This document shows positions 9,294 through 18,481 of a DNA stretch of 64,000 nucleotides, in pieces (within the stretch, counting starts at the first letter, position 1; every line of letters starts with the position of its first letter). The DNA is from a virus: the IMG/VR virus record IMGVR_UViG_3300031227_007858. The stretch is one strand, 5' to 3'. A program made the translations under genes and the position numbers. The notes beneath the pieces were generated by a model. The model worked only from the letters and a program-made list of their open reading frames with translations. It did not search any database and was not told the DNA's origin.

Positions 9294-10952
9294 ATGAAAG
9301 GTCCAAATAGATTATTAAATCAAGATTTTATGGAGTATGGAAATATTATAGTAAATAATATGTATTTTCCTAATAACTGGCTACCATATGGAACAATAAG
9401 TGGTGATACAAGTTTGGGGCTGGTAATCACTACTACAGTAGCTTATACTTTTGATAGAAGTTTTCAGATGTATAAAGTTGGGGCAAATAATACAGGTATG
9501 TCCCAAACAGTTAATTTTGGATATGACATAACTGGACTTACATTTGACATAGGAATGTGGATTAGAATTATTACCCAGACAGGAGATAGCGGTGTAAAAT
9601 TAAGTTATAAATGGTTAGATTCATCTGGTACTCTAGTAGATAGTCAGGTAACAATTGCTTCATTAACTGCAACTCAAAACTATACTTTATCAAGTGTTAG
9701 TGCAGCAACTGCTCCAAGTAATGCTCAAAGAATATGGTTAGGAATAGAAACTATAGGAGCTAATCAACCAATGTTAGCTTATGTTGACTCTCCTTATATT
9801 TGTGGAGGTACAACTTATGGATTAAAAATATATGATACTAGTGGGAACAATAGTGTAGTTGTGCCAGAAGCTTCAAGTATTATTGCATCTGGGACAGTAT
9901 CTATGCCAAATACTTTACAAGATGATGATACTTATGGAGTTGATATAGATTTACCTGGAAGCGAATATATAGATATTGATAGAATAGGAGTAATGGTGCA
10001 AGCTAGAGATTTTGATTGGAAAGCGATTGTTAATATTATAGAGTGGGATGGTGGTGATAAATTTTGGGGTAATTTTTTTGGAGATAGTGCCGTTACTTAT
10101 TATGAAAAAGCCGTTGATGGAGTTATGACTAGTTGGTCTCCTGGGGATATGACTCCTGGAGATAAAGCTAATTATACTCGTTTAATAAATGTTTTACCAT
10201 TTACTGAGTGGAGTACTTATTCTACTAGTGTTAGAAAAGTTAGATTATTTGCTGGTATAGATTATACTTTTTTAAAAGATGTAGGTGGTGGCTCTTCTAC
10301 TTATAATTTATATGCAAGAGATTATGGTAATGCTGATATGGGTAATATTGGATATATGTTATTGACAAGTGAAGGTATAACTGAGAGACAATATGAATAT
10401 GTGTCGTTAAATAATTATCCTGCTTTATGGTATGGGCCTCATTCAAAATTTGATGTTTATGTTGTTCATGTAAATGGCTCACAAACTCTTTTAGGTGAAA
10501 ATGTTGCTGCAATAGATAATGGTACAGCTTGGTTATGGTCAGAAAATGCAGCACAGCTATTCAGTGCTACTTGGGCGTGTCCAGGTTATGGAGCATGGGT
10601 GGCTACTGACGCTTTAAAATTTGTTTTAAAAGTTAATGGGAGATACATGGGTGGATTTATATCGTGGTATGATTGGAGTTTTTCTATTTCGTTTATTACT
10701 TCTCCACTAGGATGGACTGCTTTAAATGCTACAACTTGGACTATGAATAGATATATTTCGTTTAGTAGAATTGGAGTACATGGTTATGGCAGAGTAAAAG
10801 TGCATTGGGGTACAAGTGGTCATGAAATAAAAATATCTAATATTTCTACCGATTATTCTTCGTCAACTGCACAACAAGTATATAGTATAGGTGATAATGG
10901 TATTTCAGAAGTAGATTATATGATTTATTTAAAGGATTATGACGGGAGTTAA
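9294..10952 (+). CDS. Tail fiber / receptor-binding protein, paralog B, with an extra N-terminal domain
   Basis: Contains the same conserved module (TYGVDIDLPGSEYIDIDRIGVMV ... EVDYMIYLKDYDGS) plus roughly 190 additional N-terminal residues. Confidence 0.5.
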   Translation: MKGPNRLLNQDFMEYGNIIVNNMYFPNNWLPYGTISGDTSLGLVITTTVAYTFDRSFQMYKVGANNTGMSQTVNFGYDITGLTFDIGMWIRIITQTGDSGVKLSYKWLDSSGTLVDSQVTIASLTATQNYTLSSVSAATAPSNAQRIWLGIETIGANQPMLAYVDSPYICGGTTYGLKIYDTSGNNSVVVPEASSIIASGTVSMPNTLQDDDTYGVDIDLPGSEYIDIDRIGVMVQARDFDWKAIVNIIEWDGGDKFWGNFFGDSAVTYYEKAVDGVMTSWSPGDMTPGDKANYTRLINVLPFTEWSTYSTSVRKVRLFAGIDYTFLKDVGGGSSTYNLYARDYGNADMGNIGYMLLTSEGITERQYEYVSLNNYPALWYGPHSKFDVYVVHVNGSQTLLGENVAAIDNGTAWLWSENAAQLFSATWACPGYGAWVATDALKFVLKVNGRYMGGFISWYDWSFSISFITSPLGWTALNATTWTMNRYISFSRIGVHGYGRVKVHWGTSGHEIKISNISTDYSSSTAQQVYSIGDNGISEVDYMIYLKDYDGS

Positions 10953-10954
10953 TT

Positions 10955-11494
10955 ATGGCATATGGGTTTAAAGTAAGAGATGTTTTAGGAAATACTTGTG
11001 TGTTAACACCTGATATAAAAAGTATTATTAGTGCTGGAACTGTTAAAATACCTACAACATTGCGACCAGATAATACTTTTGGAGTTAATATACCTTTACC
11101 AGGAACTACTACATATTCTGAAGATGATTTAGGAGTGTTAGTTAAAGTTAGAGATTATGTTGTAGGGGGGTATTCTATATTTTGGATAGATGGTTTAGAA
11201 GCAGACCAATGGCCTTTTGCTAGATGGTTATTTAATGGTGGTATTTTTTGGACTAGAAACGAGACTACAGGTGTTGTTAGTTCTTTCGCAGAAGCAATAT
11301 ACCACGATACTATTTATAATATTCACCCAGTAGCTTTTTGGGATAAGCTTGGAGAAACAACTTTTAATTATGTTAGATTATTTGCAGGGCTTATTTATGA
11401 AATATATGATGCGAGTGCAAGTAGTTATTTAGAAATATATGATTTAGGACGTATTACTACAATAGATTATGTAGTTTATTTAAGAAATTTATAA
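10955..11494 (+). CDS. Tail fiber / receptor-binding protein, paralog C (minimal module)
   Basis: TFGVNIPLPGTTTYSEDDLGVLV ... TTIDYVVYLRNL shows the same module as 8619 and 9294. Confidence 0.5.
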   Translation: MAYGFKVRDVLGNTCVLTPDIKSIISAGTVKIPTTLRPDNTFGVNIPLPGTTTYSEDDLGVLVKVRDYVVGGYSIFWIDGLEADQWPFARWLFNGGIFWTRNETTGVVSSFAEAIYHDTIYNIHPVAFWDKLGETTFNYVRLFAGLIYEIYDASASSYLEIYDLGRITTIDYVVYLRNL

Positions 11495-11509
11495 AGGAGA
11501 AAGAAAAGT

Positions 11510-11863
11510 ATGCTATTAGGATATGACAAAGAAGGAGAAATAAAATTTATTTTTACAGATGAAAAATATTTAGAAAATAAATATCCAAACAATAGTGCTA
11601 AAATAAGCAATTTTTGGGGAACTGAAAATCATGGGCTAACTGAATTTTTTGTTTCAATAAAAGATTTTAAAGAATGGGATAATGCTAAGACTTATAAAAT
11701 AGTAAATAAAATATTAACTAAAAAAATAAGTAAAGATGCTGATAAGAAACAACAGTCACTTTTAACAGGAAAAGACTTATTAGTTGTCCCTAAAAACATA
11801 AAACCTGAAGGTATAACAGAAATAAAAATATCTAGTATTGATATTAAAGGAAATAACGAATGA
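11510..11863 (+). CDS. Hypothetical protein
   Basis: RBS-like AAGGAGAAAG upstream. No recognisable motif. Confidence 0.4.
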   Translation: MLLGYDKEGEIKFIFTDEKYLENKYPNNSAKISNFWGTENHGLTEFFVSIKDFKEWDNAKTYKIVNKILTKKISKDADKKQQSLLTGKDLLVVPKNIKPEGITEIKISSIDIKGNNE

Positions 11864-13125
11864 GTATATATAAAACTAACAAACAAAACTTGGATTCTAA
11901 CAGAATTAATCAAATTAACGAAATGATAATTGAAGTAAATGGTAAAGTTGACCAAGGAAAATTTAATAAAAACGTGTTGACTACAATGTATGCAACACTC
12001 CCACTGTCTGCTAAATATTTAAGAGACCAAACAATAGGTGGAGCTACTGGAACATATGCTGGATGGAGTCATTTAAAAGCTGAAGCAGGGTATAGCATTT
12101 GGAAATTTTCTCCAACTAACTATACCTATAATTCTGTAAATGAGTTATATTTTGATAATGCAGTATTAACTAATAAAGGAGAAGCTGATAGTGAGTCAGC
12201 TACTGCTTTTGATAAAGTATTTTTTTATGATGGTTCTACTTATACTGATGATACTACAGAAGCTGCTACAGAAGGTGGTACAGAGTTTAGTGTAATGGAT
12301 GCTGCATCTGAATATTTATATGTAGGGGAAGCTGCTACATTTTCAGGAGCAAAGTTTGAGTTTCAAACTAGAGGTTCTAATTATACTTTAGTAGCTGAGT
12401 ATTGGAACGGGTCTGCATGGACTACAATGACAGCAAACGCTAATAATTTAGATGATGATACTAGTAATTTTGAAAGTAATGGTAGAATTACATGGACTGC
12501 TCCAGGTGATTGGGCAACAACTACTGTAAATAGTAGTACGTTGTATTGGATTAGATTTTCTACATCTACAGTTCCAACAACTACTGCTAAAATTTATTAT
12601 TTGATACCTGGAAATAGTGTAATTGGTTTATTGGCAATGTCTAGCTCTGAAATACAGAATGAAGAGTGGATGTGGTGTAGTTATACTACAGCTATTTATG
12701 TTACAATAAGAAATGCTGGTAATGCATCATATGAAGGAGATTATTATATTACATCTAGTAGTTCTGCAACTAATCTGCAAAATTTCTTTATTTACAATCA
12801 CACATATACATCAAATTATGAGACAAGTGCTTATAGTCCTCAAACTAGTAAAACAGATGATTATACAGCTACTACCGCTGAAGGAGTTTTTCTTTTAGAT
12901 GGTACAAGTCGTACTGTTACATTAACTTTACCTGCTATTGCAACAGCTAATAAGGGTACGATGTATGTGATTAAAGCGATAGATATTAGTTTTACAGTAA
13001 AAATAGATTGTACAGGAGCAGATACAATAGATGGTGCAGCAGAGTATACTTTTAGTAGTCAATATGAGACTGTTACTGTACAAAGTGATGGAACTAGTAG
13101 TTGGTGGATTATAGGAAAAGTATAA
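11860..13125 (+). CDS. Tail fiber-like structural protein
   Basis: 421 aa, T/S/A/G-rich. Located in the tail module. Confidence 0.45.
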   Translation: MSIYKTNKQNLDSNRINQINEMIIEVNGKVDQGKFNKNVLTTMYATLPLSAKYLRDQTIGGATGTYAGWSHLKAEAGYSIWKFSPTNYTYNSVNELYFDNAVLTNKGEADSESATAFDKVFFYDGSTYTDDTTEAATEGGTEFSVMDAASEYLYVGEAATFSGAKFEFQTRGSNYTLVAEYWNGSAWTTMTANANNLDDDTSNFESNGRITWTAPGDWATTTVNSSTLYWIRFSTSTVPTTTAKIYYLIPGNSVIGLLAMSSSEIQNEEWMWCSYTTAIYVTIRNAGNASYEGDYYITSSSSATNLQNFFIYNHTYTSNYETSAYSPQTSKTDDYTATTAEGVFLLDGTSRTVTLTLPAIATANKGTMYVIKAIDISFTVKIDCTGADTIDGAAEYTFSSQYETVTVQSDGTSSWWIIGKV

Positions 13126-13137
13126 AAGGAGGAGTAA

Positions 13138-13302
13138 ATGAATTATCTTAAATTAATATTATCTATTTTGGCATCCTTTTTTGAAATGAGAAAGGAAAAG
13201 AAATTAGAACGTAAAGAAAAAGTAAAGGAGATGAAAGATGCACTCAAAAAAAATGACACTGGTAGGGTTGTTCGTAGCTTTAGCCGTCTTAACCGTAAGT
13301 AG
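13138..13302 (+). CDS. Small N-terminal transmembrane protein (54 aa); i-spanin-like or holin-like candidate
   Basis: Strong RBS AAGGAGG 7 nt upstream. N-terminal hydrophobic helix YLKLILSILASFF followed by a K/E-rich charged tail. The next gene starts inside it in the +1 frame. Confidence 0.4.
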   Translation: MNYLKLILSILASFFEMRKEKKLERKEKVKEMKDALKKNDTGRVVRSFSRLNRK

Positions 13303-13480
13303 TGGTTGTATTAGTAGAAAGGTAATTATAAATCCTTTAGCTGTAGAAGATATTTTTCATGTGCCTCAAGGTTCTAGAGTAACTTTACCTGATGGAGAGG
13401 AGATAATTACTCAAAAAGATGGAGAATTTGTTTCTAATGATACTATTGAAGAAATATTTAAAGCAAGGTTGGGGGAATAA
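13238..13480 (+). CDS. Lipoprotein (o-spanin-like candidate), start nested out of frame in the preceding gene
   Basis: Signal peptide plus lipobox: MHSKKMTLVGLFVALAVLTVSSGC. AAGGAG RBS upstream. Confidence 0.5.
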   Translation: MHSKKMTLVGLFVALAVLTVSSGCISRKVIINPLAVEDIFHVPQGSRVTLPDGEEIITQKDGEFVSNDTIEEIFKARLGE

Positions 13481-13650
13481 TGTCACACTTTGCTAGATGG
13501 TGGTATGCTAATCAATCTGATAAAAAATATAAAACAATAATATGTAAAAAATGTAATAGACGTATTACGAAATATATGTTAACCGAAGATGGTTGTATTA
13601 ATTGTGATGTTAATTACCATCGTAAAAAAAGAGAGAAAAAAAATGATTAA
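13480..13650 (+). CDS. Zinc-ribbon mini-protein (56 aa)
   Basis: CKKCN...CINCD. ATG overlaps the upstream stop (TAATG). Not in the supplied ORF track because it is under 60 aa. Confidence 0.3.
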   Translation: MSHFARWWYANQSDKKYKTIICKKCNRRITKYMLTEDGCINCDVNYHRKKREKKND

Positions 13651-14368
13651 ACAAAGTTGTAAACTTGATATTGTAATTCCATCATTAGGAAGAAAAGTAA
13701 AATTGGAAAGATGTATAGAGTCTATTAGAAAAGCGAAGTTTCAACACGATGTGCACCTTTACCTATATTTCAGTATTAAAGAAGAATTAGATTATTTTAA
13801 AAAAACGACTAAAGATAAAGATTGGATAACATGTAAAACAGTAAAAAATTATCGAGTTCCTGATTTTTGGAACAAACATCTTAAAACAATGAAAGCAGAC
13901 GCTATGATGTATTTAAATGATGATATAATACTTTTTGGAGATACTATTACTAATGCATTAGAATATATGAGTAAAGTGTATCCTGATTATGATGGCGTTA
14001 TAGGAATAAATCAGTTTAATATACCTATCAATCAAATGGTTAAAACAGCGTTTGGGGTAATTGGTACAAAATTTGCTAATAGATTTCCAGATAGACAAGT
14101 TTTTTGTCCTGATTATGATAGATTTTTTGCTGATCAAGAATTATTTATATTCTCTGATAGAATACATAAATTTACTTTTTCTCATTTAGTAAGATTAGAA
14201 CATGACCATCCAGTATTTAATAAAAATGCTATAGACTCCACTCATCAAAATGTTAGGCAATATTTAACTAGTGATAAGACAGTTTTTCATAATAGAAGAA
14301 TGAAAAATTTAATTTGGGGGGTAGACTTCACATTAAACAAAAATTCCGATATTGAAGGAGATAAGTAA
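13643..14368 (+). CDS. Glycosyltransferase, GT2-like (GT-A fold)
   Basis: LDIVIPSLGR N-terminal segment and an NDDIIL DxD-type motif. Start reassigned to the internal ATG at 13643 (MIKQ...) because a small ORF occupies 13480..13650. Confidence 0.45.
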   Translation: MIKQSCKLDIVIPSLGRKVKLERCIESIRKAKFQHDVHLYLYFSIKEELDYFKKTTKDKDWITCKTVKNYRVPDFWNKHLKTMKADAMMYLNDDIILFGDTITNALEYMSKVYPDYDGVIGINQFNIPINQMVKTAFGVIGTKFANRFPDRQVFCPDYDRFFADQELFIFSDRIHKFTFSHLVRLEHDHPVFNKNAIDSTHQNVRQYLTSDKTVFHNRRMKNLIWGVDFTLNKNSDIEGDK

Positions 14369-15138
14369 TGGGTAAAACATTTTCACTTTTGTGCCCTACT
14401 AGGTCAAGAGATGTAGAAAGAGATAGGCTTTTAATGAGTCTACGAAATAACACTTCTAATAAAGACGAAATAGAGATTTTATTTGCTATTGATAGAGACG
14501 ATCATCATACTCAAGAAAAACTAGAAGAAACTAAAACAGTTTTTCCTGATTTGAATATCAAAGTTTTCGTCAGAAATAGAAGTGTTTTTATTAATAGGGA
14601 TTATTATAACTGGTTAGCAGGGTTTGCCGAAGGAGATTTTTATTGGGTGATAGGTGATGATTTAGTATTTGCTTTTAATGGCTGGGATGTATACATAAAA
14701 AATAGGATTGAAGATTATTTAAAAGATAAACATGATAGAATAGCTTGTATAGGTGCTAGAGATAACACTCCTCCACCAGGTACTTTACCTAGTTTTCCTT
14801 GTTTCCCAATGGTAACTAAAGAGGCTGCAAAAGCTTTAGGATTTGTTTTACATCCTAATATCCCTACTTGGGGAGCAGATTATGTTTTATATTGTTTATA
14901 TAAAGAAGTACCAAGATTGCTTGTAATTGATGAGCATATCTTTTTAAATCATATCAGTTATCATACTAGAAAAGTAGAAGCTGATGCTATCAATAAGAGA
15001 GTGGGAGAGATATTTAATTCTCTTAAAATGATACCAATGTACAATACTGACAGAACTGTTAAAGAAGAAGTACCACAACAAGTTAATTTTTTGAAGAATT
15101 ATATAGAAAAACGATTTAAATATCAAGAATTGGAGTAA
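14368..15138 (+). CDS. Glycosyltransferase-like protein (GT-A-like)
   Basis: SLLCPTRSR start and a VIGDDLVF DxD-like motif. Confidence 0.4.
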   Translation: MGKTFSLLCPTRSRDVERDRLLMSLRNNTSNKDEIEILFAIDRDDHHTQEKLEETKTVFPDLNIKVFVRNRSVFINRDYYNWLAGFAEGDFYWVIGDDLVFAFNGWDVYIKNRIEDYLKDKHDRIACIGARDNTPPPGTLPSFPCFPMVTKEAAKALGFVLHPNIPTWGADYVLYCLYKEVPRLLVIDEHIFLNHISYHTRKVEADAINKRVGEIFNSLKMIPMYNTDRTVKEEVPQQVNFLKNYIEKRFKYQELE

Positions 15139-15141
15139 ACT

Positions 15142-16281
15142 ATGAAAAATACGAAAGTAAAAGAGTGGGAGTCTTGGTTTAATTCTTTCAATTCAGCTAA
15201 AGGATTATTGTATGCCCCATGGTATCAGGCGATTAAAGAGTGGAAAGATGGTAAAAGATTAGCTCCTTTGCCACCTGTAGAAGCAAGCTTAGACCCTATT
15301 AATGTATGTAATTTGAATTGTTCCCACTGTAATGCATCTAGATACTTGTTACATCCACCTAAAGATAGAATGATTAGAATGCCAGATGAGCACTATTTAG
15401 AACTTGTTAAATTCTTAGGAAATTGGGGAGTAAAGGCAATTTGTCATGGAGGGGGAGGAGAACCTACTATGCATACTGCTTTAGGTGAAGCTATGATTAC
15501 TGCTCAAAAATATGGGATGGAGAATAGTATTGCTACTAATGGTATTAATTTTGATGAAGAGTTAATAGATATAGCAGTTAATACTTGTAGATGGGTAGGA
15601 GTATCAGTTGATTCAGCTACTCCTAAAACATATAAAATAGGTAGAAGTGCAGACCGTTTTAGTGATACTATAGGTAATATTGAGAAGCTATGTGATGCTG
15701 TAGATGAGTTTAAAACTAATTGCGATATTGCTTATAAATTTTTAGTGTTTGAATATAATCAAAATGAAATATATGAAGCTTGTAAGTTAGCTAAAGAATT
15801 AGGAGTAAAGGATTTTCATGCTAGACCTGCAGATTTAAGTCATCAAGGAATGGATGAACAATATAAAGGAACAGCTCAACCTTATAGTATAGACTTAGTT
15901 AAAGAACAGTTTGAGAAGTGTCATGACCTTGAAGATGATAATTTCCACGTATATACTATTGTTCATAAATTTGATGAGAACTTTATACCTCGCAAAGATT
16001 TTTCTCAATGTTATGCATCTCCTTGTTGTTTACAGATATGTCCTGATGGATCATTGTTTCTATGTCCAGACCAGAGATATAAAGATTTCTTTAAGTTAGG
16101 AGAACATTACCCTGATGTAACAGAGATAAAAAGAGTTTGGGGTAGTAGGAGACATTATGATTTAGTATTTAATAGTGGTAGAAAAGCTTGCAGTACTAGA
16201 TGTACATTTAATACTTATTGTAAACAAGCAGAAGAATTATTTATGAATGATAATGATCCTATGTGTAAAAACTTTATTTAG
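15142..16281 (+). CDS. Radical SAM enzyme with a SPASM/twitch-like C-terminal Cys cluster
   Basis: CNLNCSHC (CxxxCxxC) near the N-terminus. C-terminal CYASPCCLQICPDGSLFLCPD. Confidence 0.7.
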   Translation: MKNTKVKEWESWFNSFNSAKGLLYAPWYQAIKEWKDGKRLAPLPPVEASLDPINVCNLNCSHCNASRYLLHPPKDRMIRMPDEHYLELVKFLGNWGVKAICHGGGGEPTMHTALGEAMITAQKYGMENSIATNGINFDEELIDIAVNTCRWVGVSVDSATPKTYKIGRSADRFSDTIGNIEKLCDAVDEFKTNCDIAYKFLVFEYNQNEIYEACKLAKELGVKDFHARPADLSHQGMDEQYKGTAQPYSIDLVKEQFEKCHDLEDDNFHVYTIVHKFDENFIPRKDFSQCYASPCCLQICPDGSLFLCPDQRYKDFFKLGEHYPDVTEIKRVWGSRRHYDLVFNSGRKACSTRCTFNTYCKQAEELFMNDNDPMCKNFI

Positions 16282-16289
16282 GAGATATT

Positions 16290-16550
16290 ATGAAAAAGAA
16301 AGTTTATATTGAAGAGAATCAATTAAATTATATAAATTGTAGTGGAGTTGAATATAGATATGAGTTATATGACAAAAAACCTGATTGTTGGTTAGGAGAA
16401 TTATTTAAAATAGAGATGGATTTTTTAGAAGTAAATGCTTTTCACAATTTATTGCTTGAAGAAAAAGAAATAAAAGATAAAATATCAAATCTTATGTGGG
16501 GCAAGTTAAAATCTGATTATAAAATAGACAGAAATAAGCAATACTCTTAA
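16290..16550 (+). CDS. Hypothetical protein
   Basis: ORF with an RBS-like AGGAG upstream. Confidence 0.35.
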   Translation: MKKKVYIEENQLNYINCSGVEYRYELYDKKPDCWLGELFKIEMDFLEVNAFHNLLLEEKEIKDKISNLMWGKLKSDYKIDRNKQYS

Positions 16551-16552
16551 CT

Positions 16553-16843
16553 ATGAAAGTATTTTATATAGACATAGACGGTACTTTAACAAATGCTCCA
16601 TTAGATAGATGGGGTAAAGTTTATCAAGATAGAATAGATAAAGTTAAAGAATTGTGCAAAAACAATACTGTAATTATTTGGAGTGCTGGTGGGTGGAAGT
16701 ATGCTATAAATTTTTGTGTGAAATATAACATAACTCCTACTGTTATACTACCAAAACCTGATTTTATTGTAGATGATACTCCAAGTATTAGAACAGTTGG
16801 AATAATAAAATATTTAAAGCCAGAGGATATAATAAAATTATGA
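16553..16843 (+). CDS. HAD-superfamily phosphatase-like small protein
   Basis: YIDIDGTLT (DxDGT motif I) and a later IVDDTP acidic motif. Confidence 0.45.
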   Translation: MKVFYIDIDGTLTNAPLDRWGKVYQDRIDKVKELCKNNTVIIWSAGGWKYAINFCVKYNITPTVILPKPDFIVDDTPSIRTVGIIKYLKPEDIIKL

Positions 16844-17025
16844 GTGACCGTAAAATATTTTTTAAATGTCCATGTGGAGCAAAGATAGAAAAAGAAATAG
16901 GGTATGATAAATTTGTTTGTGAAAATTGTGGTATGGAAATTAAATTTATCTATAATCCTAAAGAACATCTATATGAAATGGAGATAGTAAATGCTGGACA
17001 GCATAATAATACAACAGCAGCATAA
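16840..17025 (+). CDS. Zinc-ribbon mini-protein
   Basis: CPCG...CENCG. Confidence 0.3.
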   Translation: MSDRKIFFKCPCGAKIEKEIGYDKFVCENCGMEIKFIYNPKEHLYEMEIVNAGQHNNTTAA

Positions 17026-17521
17026 AGATAAAGCAAAGTATATCTTTAAACATATTAAAAATAAAGAAATAATTTCTATAGGTGGTGGCTCCGGTACAGG
17101 TAAGACTGAAGTTGCCTTATGTTTACAAGATTTATTTTTAAAAAGAAAGAAAAAATATCAAGTAATAAGTGAAGATAATTTTTATAATACTCATTGGAGA
17201 AATAGAAATAGAGTAAGAAAGCTAAGAGGTATTATAGGATTACAAGAAATTGCTTGGGAAGAATTAGAAACTGTTATTGGAGTATATAGAAGATTGCCTT
17301 GCTATGATGGAGTAATTGTAGAAGGTTTATACACTAATTATATTCATGGTAAAGATATAGGAATTTTCTTAGAAGGAACAATAAAACAAACAGATAAATT
17401 TAGAAGATTACGTAAAAAAGAATTTCAAACTAAATTTAGACAGCAAGTATTACAAGTAGAATATAAAGAATTAAATAGAACTAAAGCACTAGCTGACATA
17501 GTGGTGCCTTGGAAAATATAA
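16991..17521 (+). CDS. P-loop kinase, uridine kinase / phosphoribulokinase / pantothenate kinase-like family
   Basis: Walker A IGGGSGTGKTEVA, followed by a VISEDNFY segment resembling the Udk VIPEDCYY segment. Confidence 0.45.
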   Translation: MLDSIIIQQQHKDKAKYIFKHIKNKEIISIGGGSGTGKTEVALCLQDLFLKRKKKYQVISEDNFYNTHWRNRNRVRKLRGIIGLQEIAWEELETVIGVYRRLPCYDGVIVEGLYTNYIHGKDIGIFLEGTIKQTDKFRRLRKKEFQTKFRQQVLQVEYKELNRTKALADIVVPWKI

Positions 17522-17536
17522 TGGCTTCCCCAAGCC
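17520..17536. repeat. GC-rich hairpin (stem GGCTT/AAGCC, loop CCCC) overlapping the ATG at 17521
   Basis: The sequence ATGGCTTCCCCAAGCC stands out as a rare GC island in an AT-rich genome. Confidence 0.5.
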
Positions 17537-18066
17537 TAAGAAAATGGAGGAACAAAGTGGAAAAGAAAGACGTAAAAAAGGCATACTCAGATGCCGAGAA
17601 AGAACTGAGAAACAAACAGATTGAAGAAGTAAAAAATATTGTTAAAGCTACTCTTGAAAAGATTGAAGCGTTAAAAGATAGAAAAAAGGATATTGAACAA
17701 GAGATAAAGATACTTAAACTAGACTTAGACAACTTTAAAGATGGTAGACTTGACCTTGTTGAAGAAAGACAAAAAAAAGATAAAAAAGCTAGTGAAGTAT
17801 CAGTTGTAAAGGTAATTAAAGAGGTTGAACATCATCATTATTATGATAGATGGTATGAACCTTATAAGATTTACTGGTATCCATCAACGATAACTGTTCA
17901 ACAAGATTTTACATCAGATGGCACATTTTATTGTAATGGGACAGATACTGCTTCAATTGCTAATTCAACTAACAGTGGTAGTTGGACAACTATTAATTGT
18001 TCAGTAGCAAAATATGCTTCACCTGGAGCATATAGTGTTGCAGGTTCAATTACAAATTTTAAATAA
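17521..18066 (+). CDS. Coiled-coil protein with a C-terminal globular domain
   Basis: K/E-rich heptad-like N-terminal 90 aa. The supplied ORF starts at 17509, but the ATG at 17521 sits inside a GC hairpin. Which start is used remains unresolved. Confidence 0.4.
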   Translation: MASPSLRKWRNKVEKKDVKKAYSDAEKELRNKQIEEVKNIVKATLEKIEALKDRKKDIEQEIKILKLDLDNFKDGRLDLVEERQKKDKKASEVSVVKVIKEVEHHHYYDRWYEPYKIYWYPSTITVQQDFTSDGTFYCNGTDTASIANSTNSGSWTTINCSVAKYASPGAYSVAGSITNFK

Positions 18067-18072
18067 TTAAAT

Positions 18073-18089
18073 ATGGCTTGGGGAAGTCT
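18073..18089. repeat. Partner GC-rich hairpin (stem GGCTT/AAGTC, loop GGGG), complementary to the 17520 hairpin
   Basis: ATGGCTTGGGGAAGTC. GGCTTGGGGAAG is the exact reverse complement of CTTCCCCAAGCC at 17525..17536. Confidence 0.5.
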
Positions 18090-18107
18090 TTTTATAAAGG
18101 AGTAAAC

Positions 18108-18479
18108 ATGGAAAGAGATTGTGGCGATATAATTGATAGAGGGGCGATTGCACAGTTAAAGCATGAACGTATTGGTAACGATGAGAATAATAAAGAATAT
18201 AAAGCATTTAAACAAGAAATTGATTTAGTTATTTCTAAATATCCAGATATACCTATCTCAAAGTTTTTTAATTTATTAATAAAAATTAATGCTATGATAT
18301 GGGATTTAGAATCTGATTTAAGAAAAGGAAAATTGGATGGAGCTTTATCAGAAGTAGGTAGAAGAGCAATTGAAATTAGAAAACACAATAATTTAAGAGT
18401 ACAGGTAAAAAATATTGTGAATGAATTAACTAAAACAGGTTTCATTGACATAAAAAGTGACCATCTTTCGGAGAATTAA
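18108..18479 (+). CDS. Hypothetical protein
   Basis: AAGGAG RBS 6 nt before the ATG at 18108. The supplied ORF begins at a TTG at 18078. Confidence 0.4.
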   Translation: MERDCGDIIDRGAIAQLKHERIGNDENNKEYKAFKQEIDLVISKYPDIPISKFFNLLIKINAMIWDLESDLRKGKLDGALSEVGRRAIEIRKHNNLRVQVKNIVNELTKTGFIDIKSDHLSEN

Positions 18480-18481
18480 TA

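Noticed and set aside
12713-15911. Internal + ORFs 12713..12898, 15911..16099 and 30863..31045
   Set aside because: Out-of-frame inside well-supported longer CDSs on the same strand.
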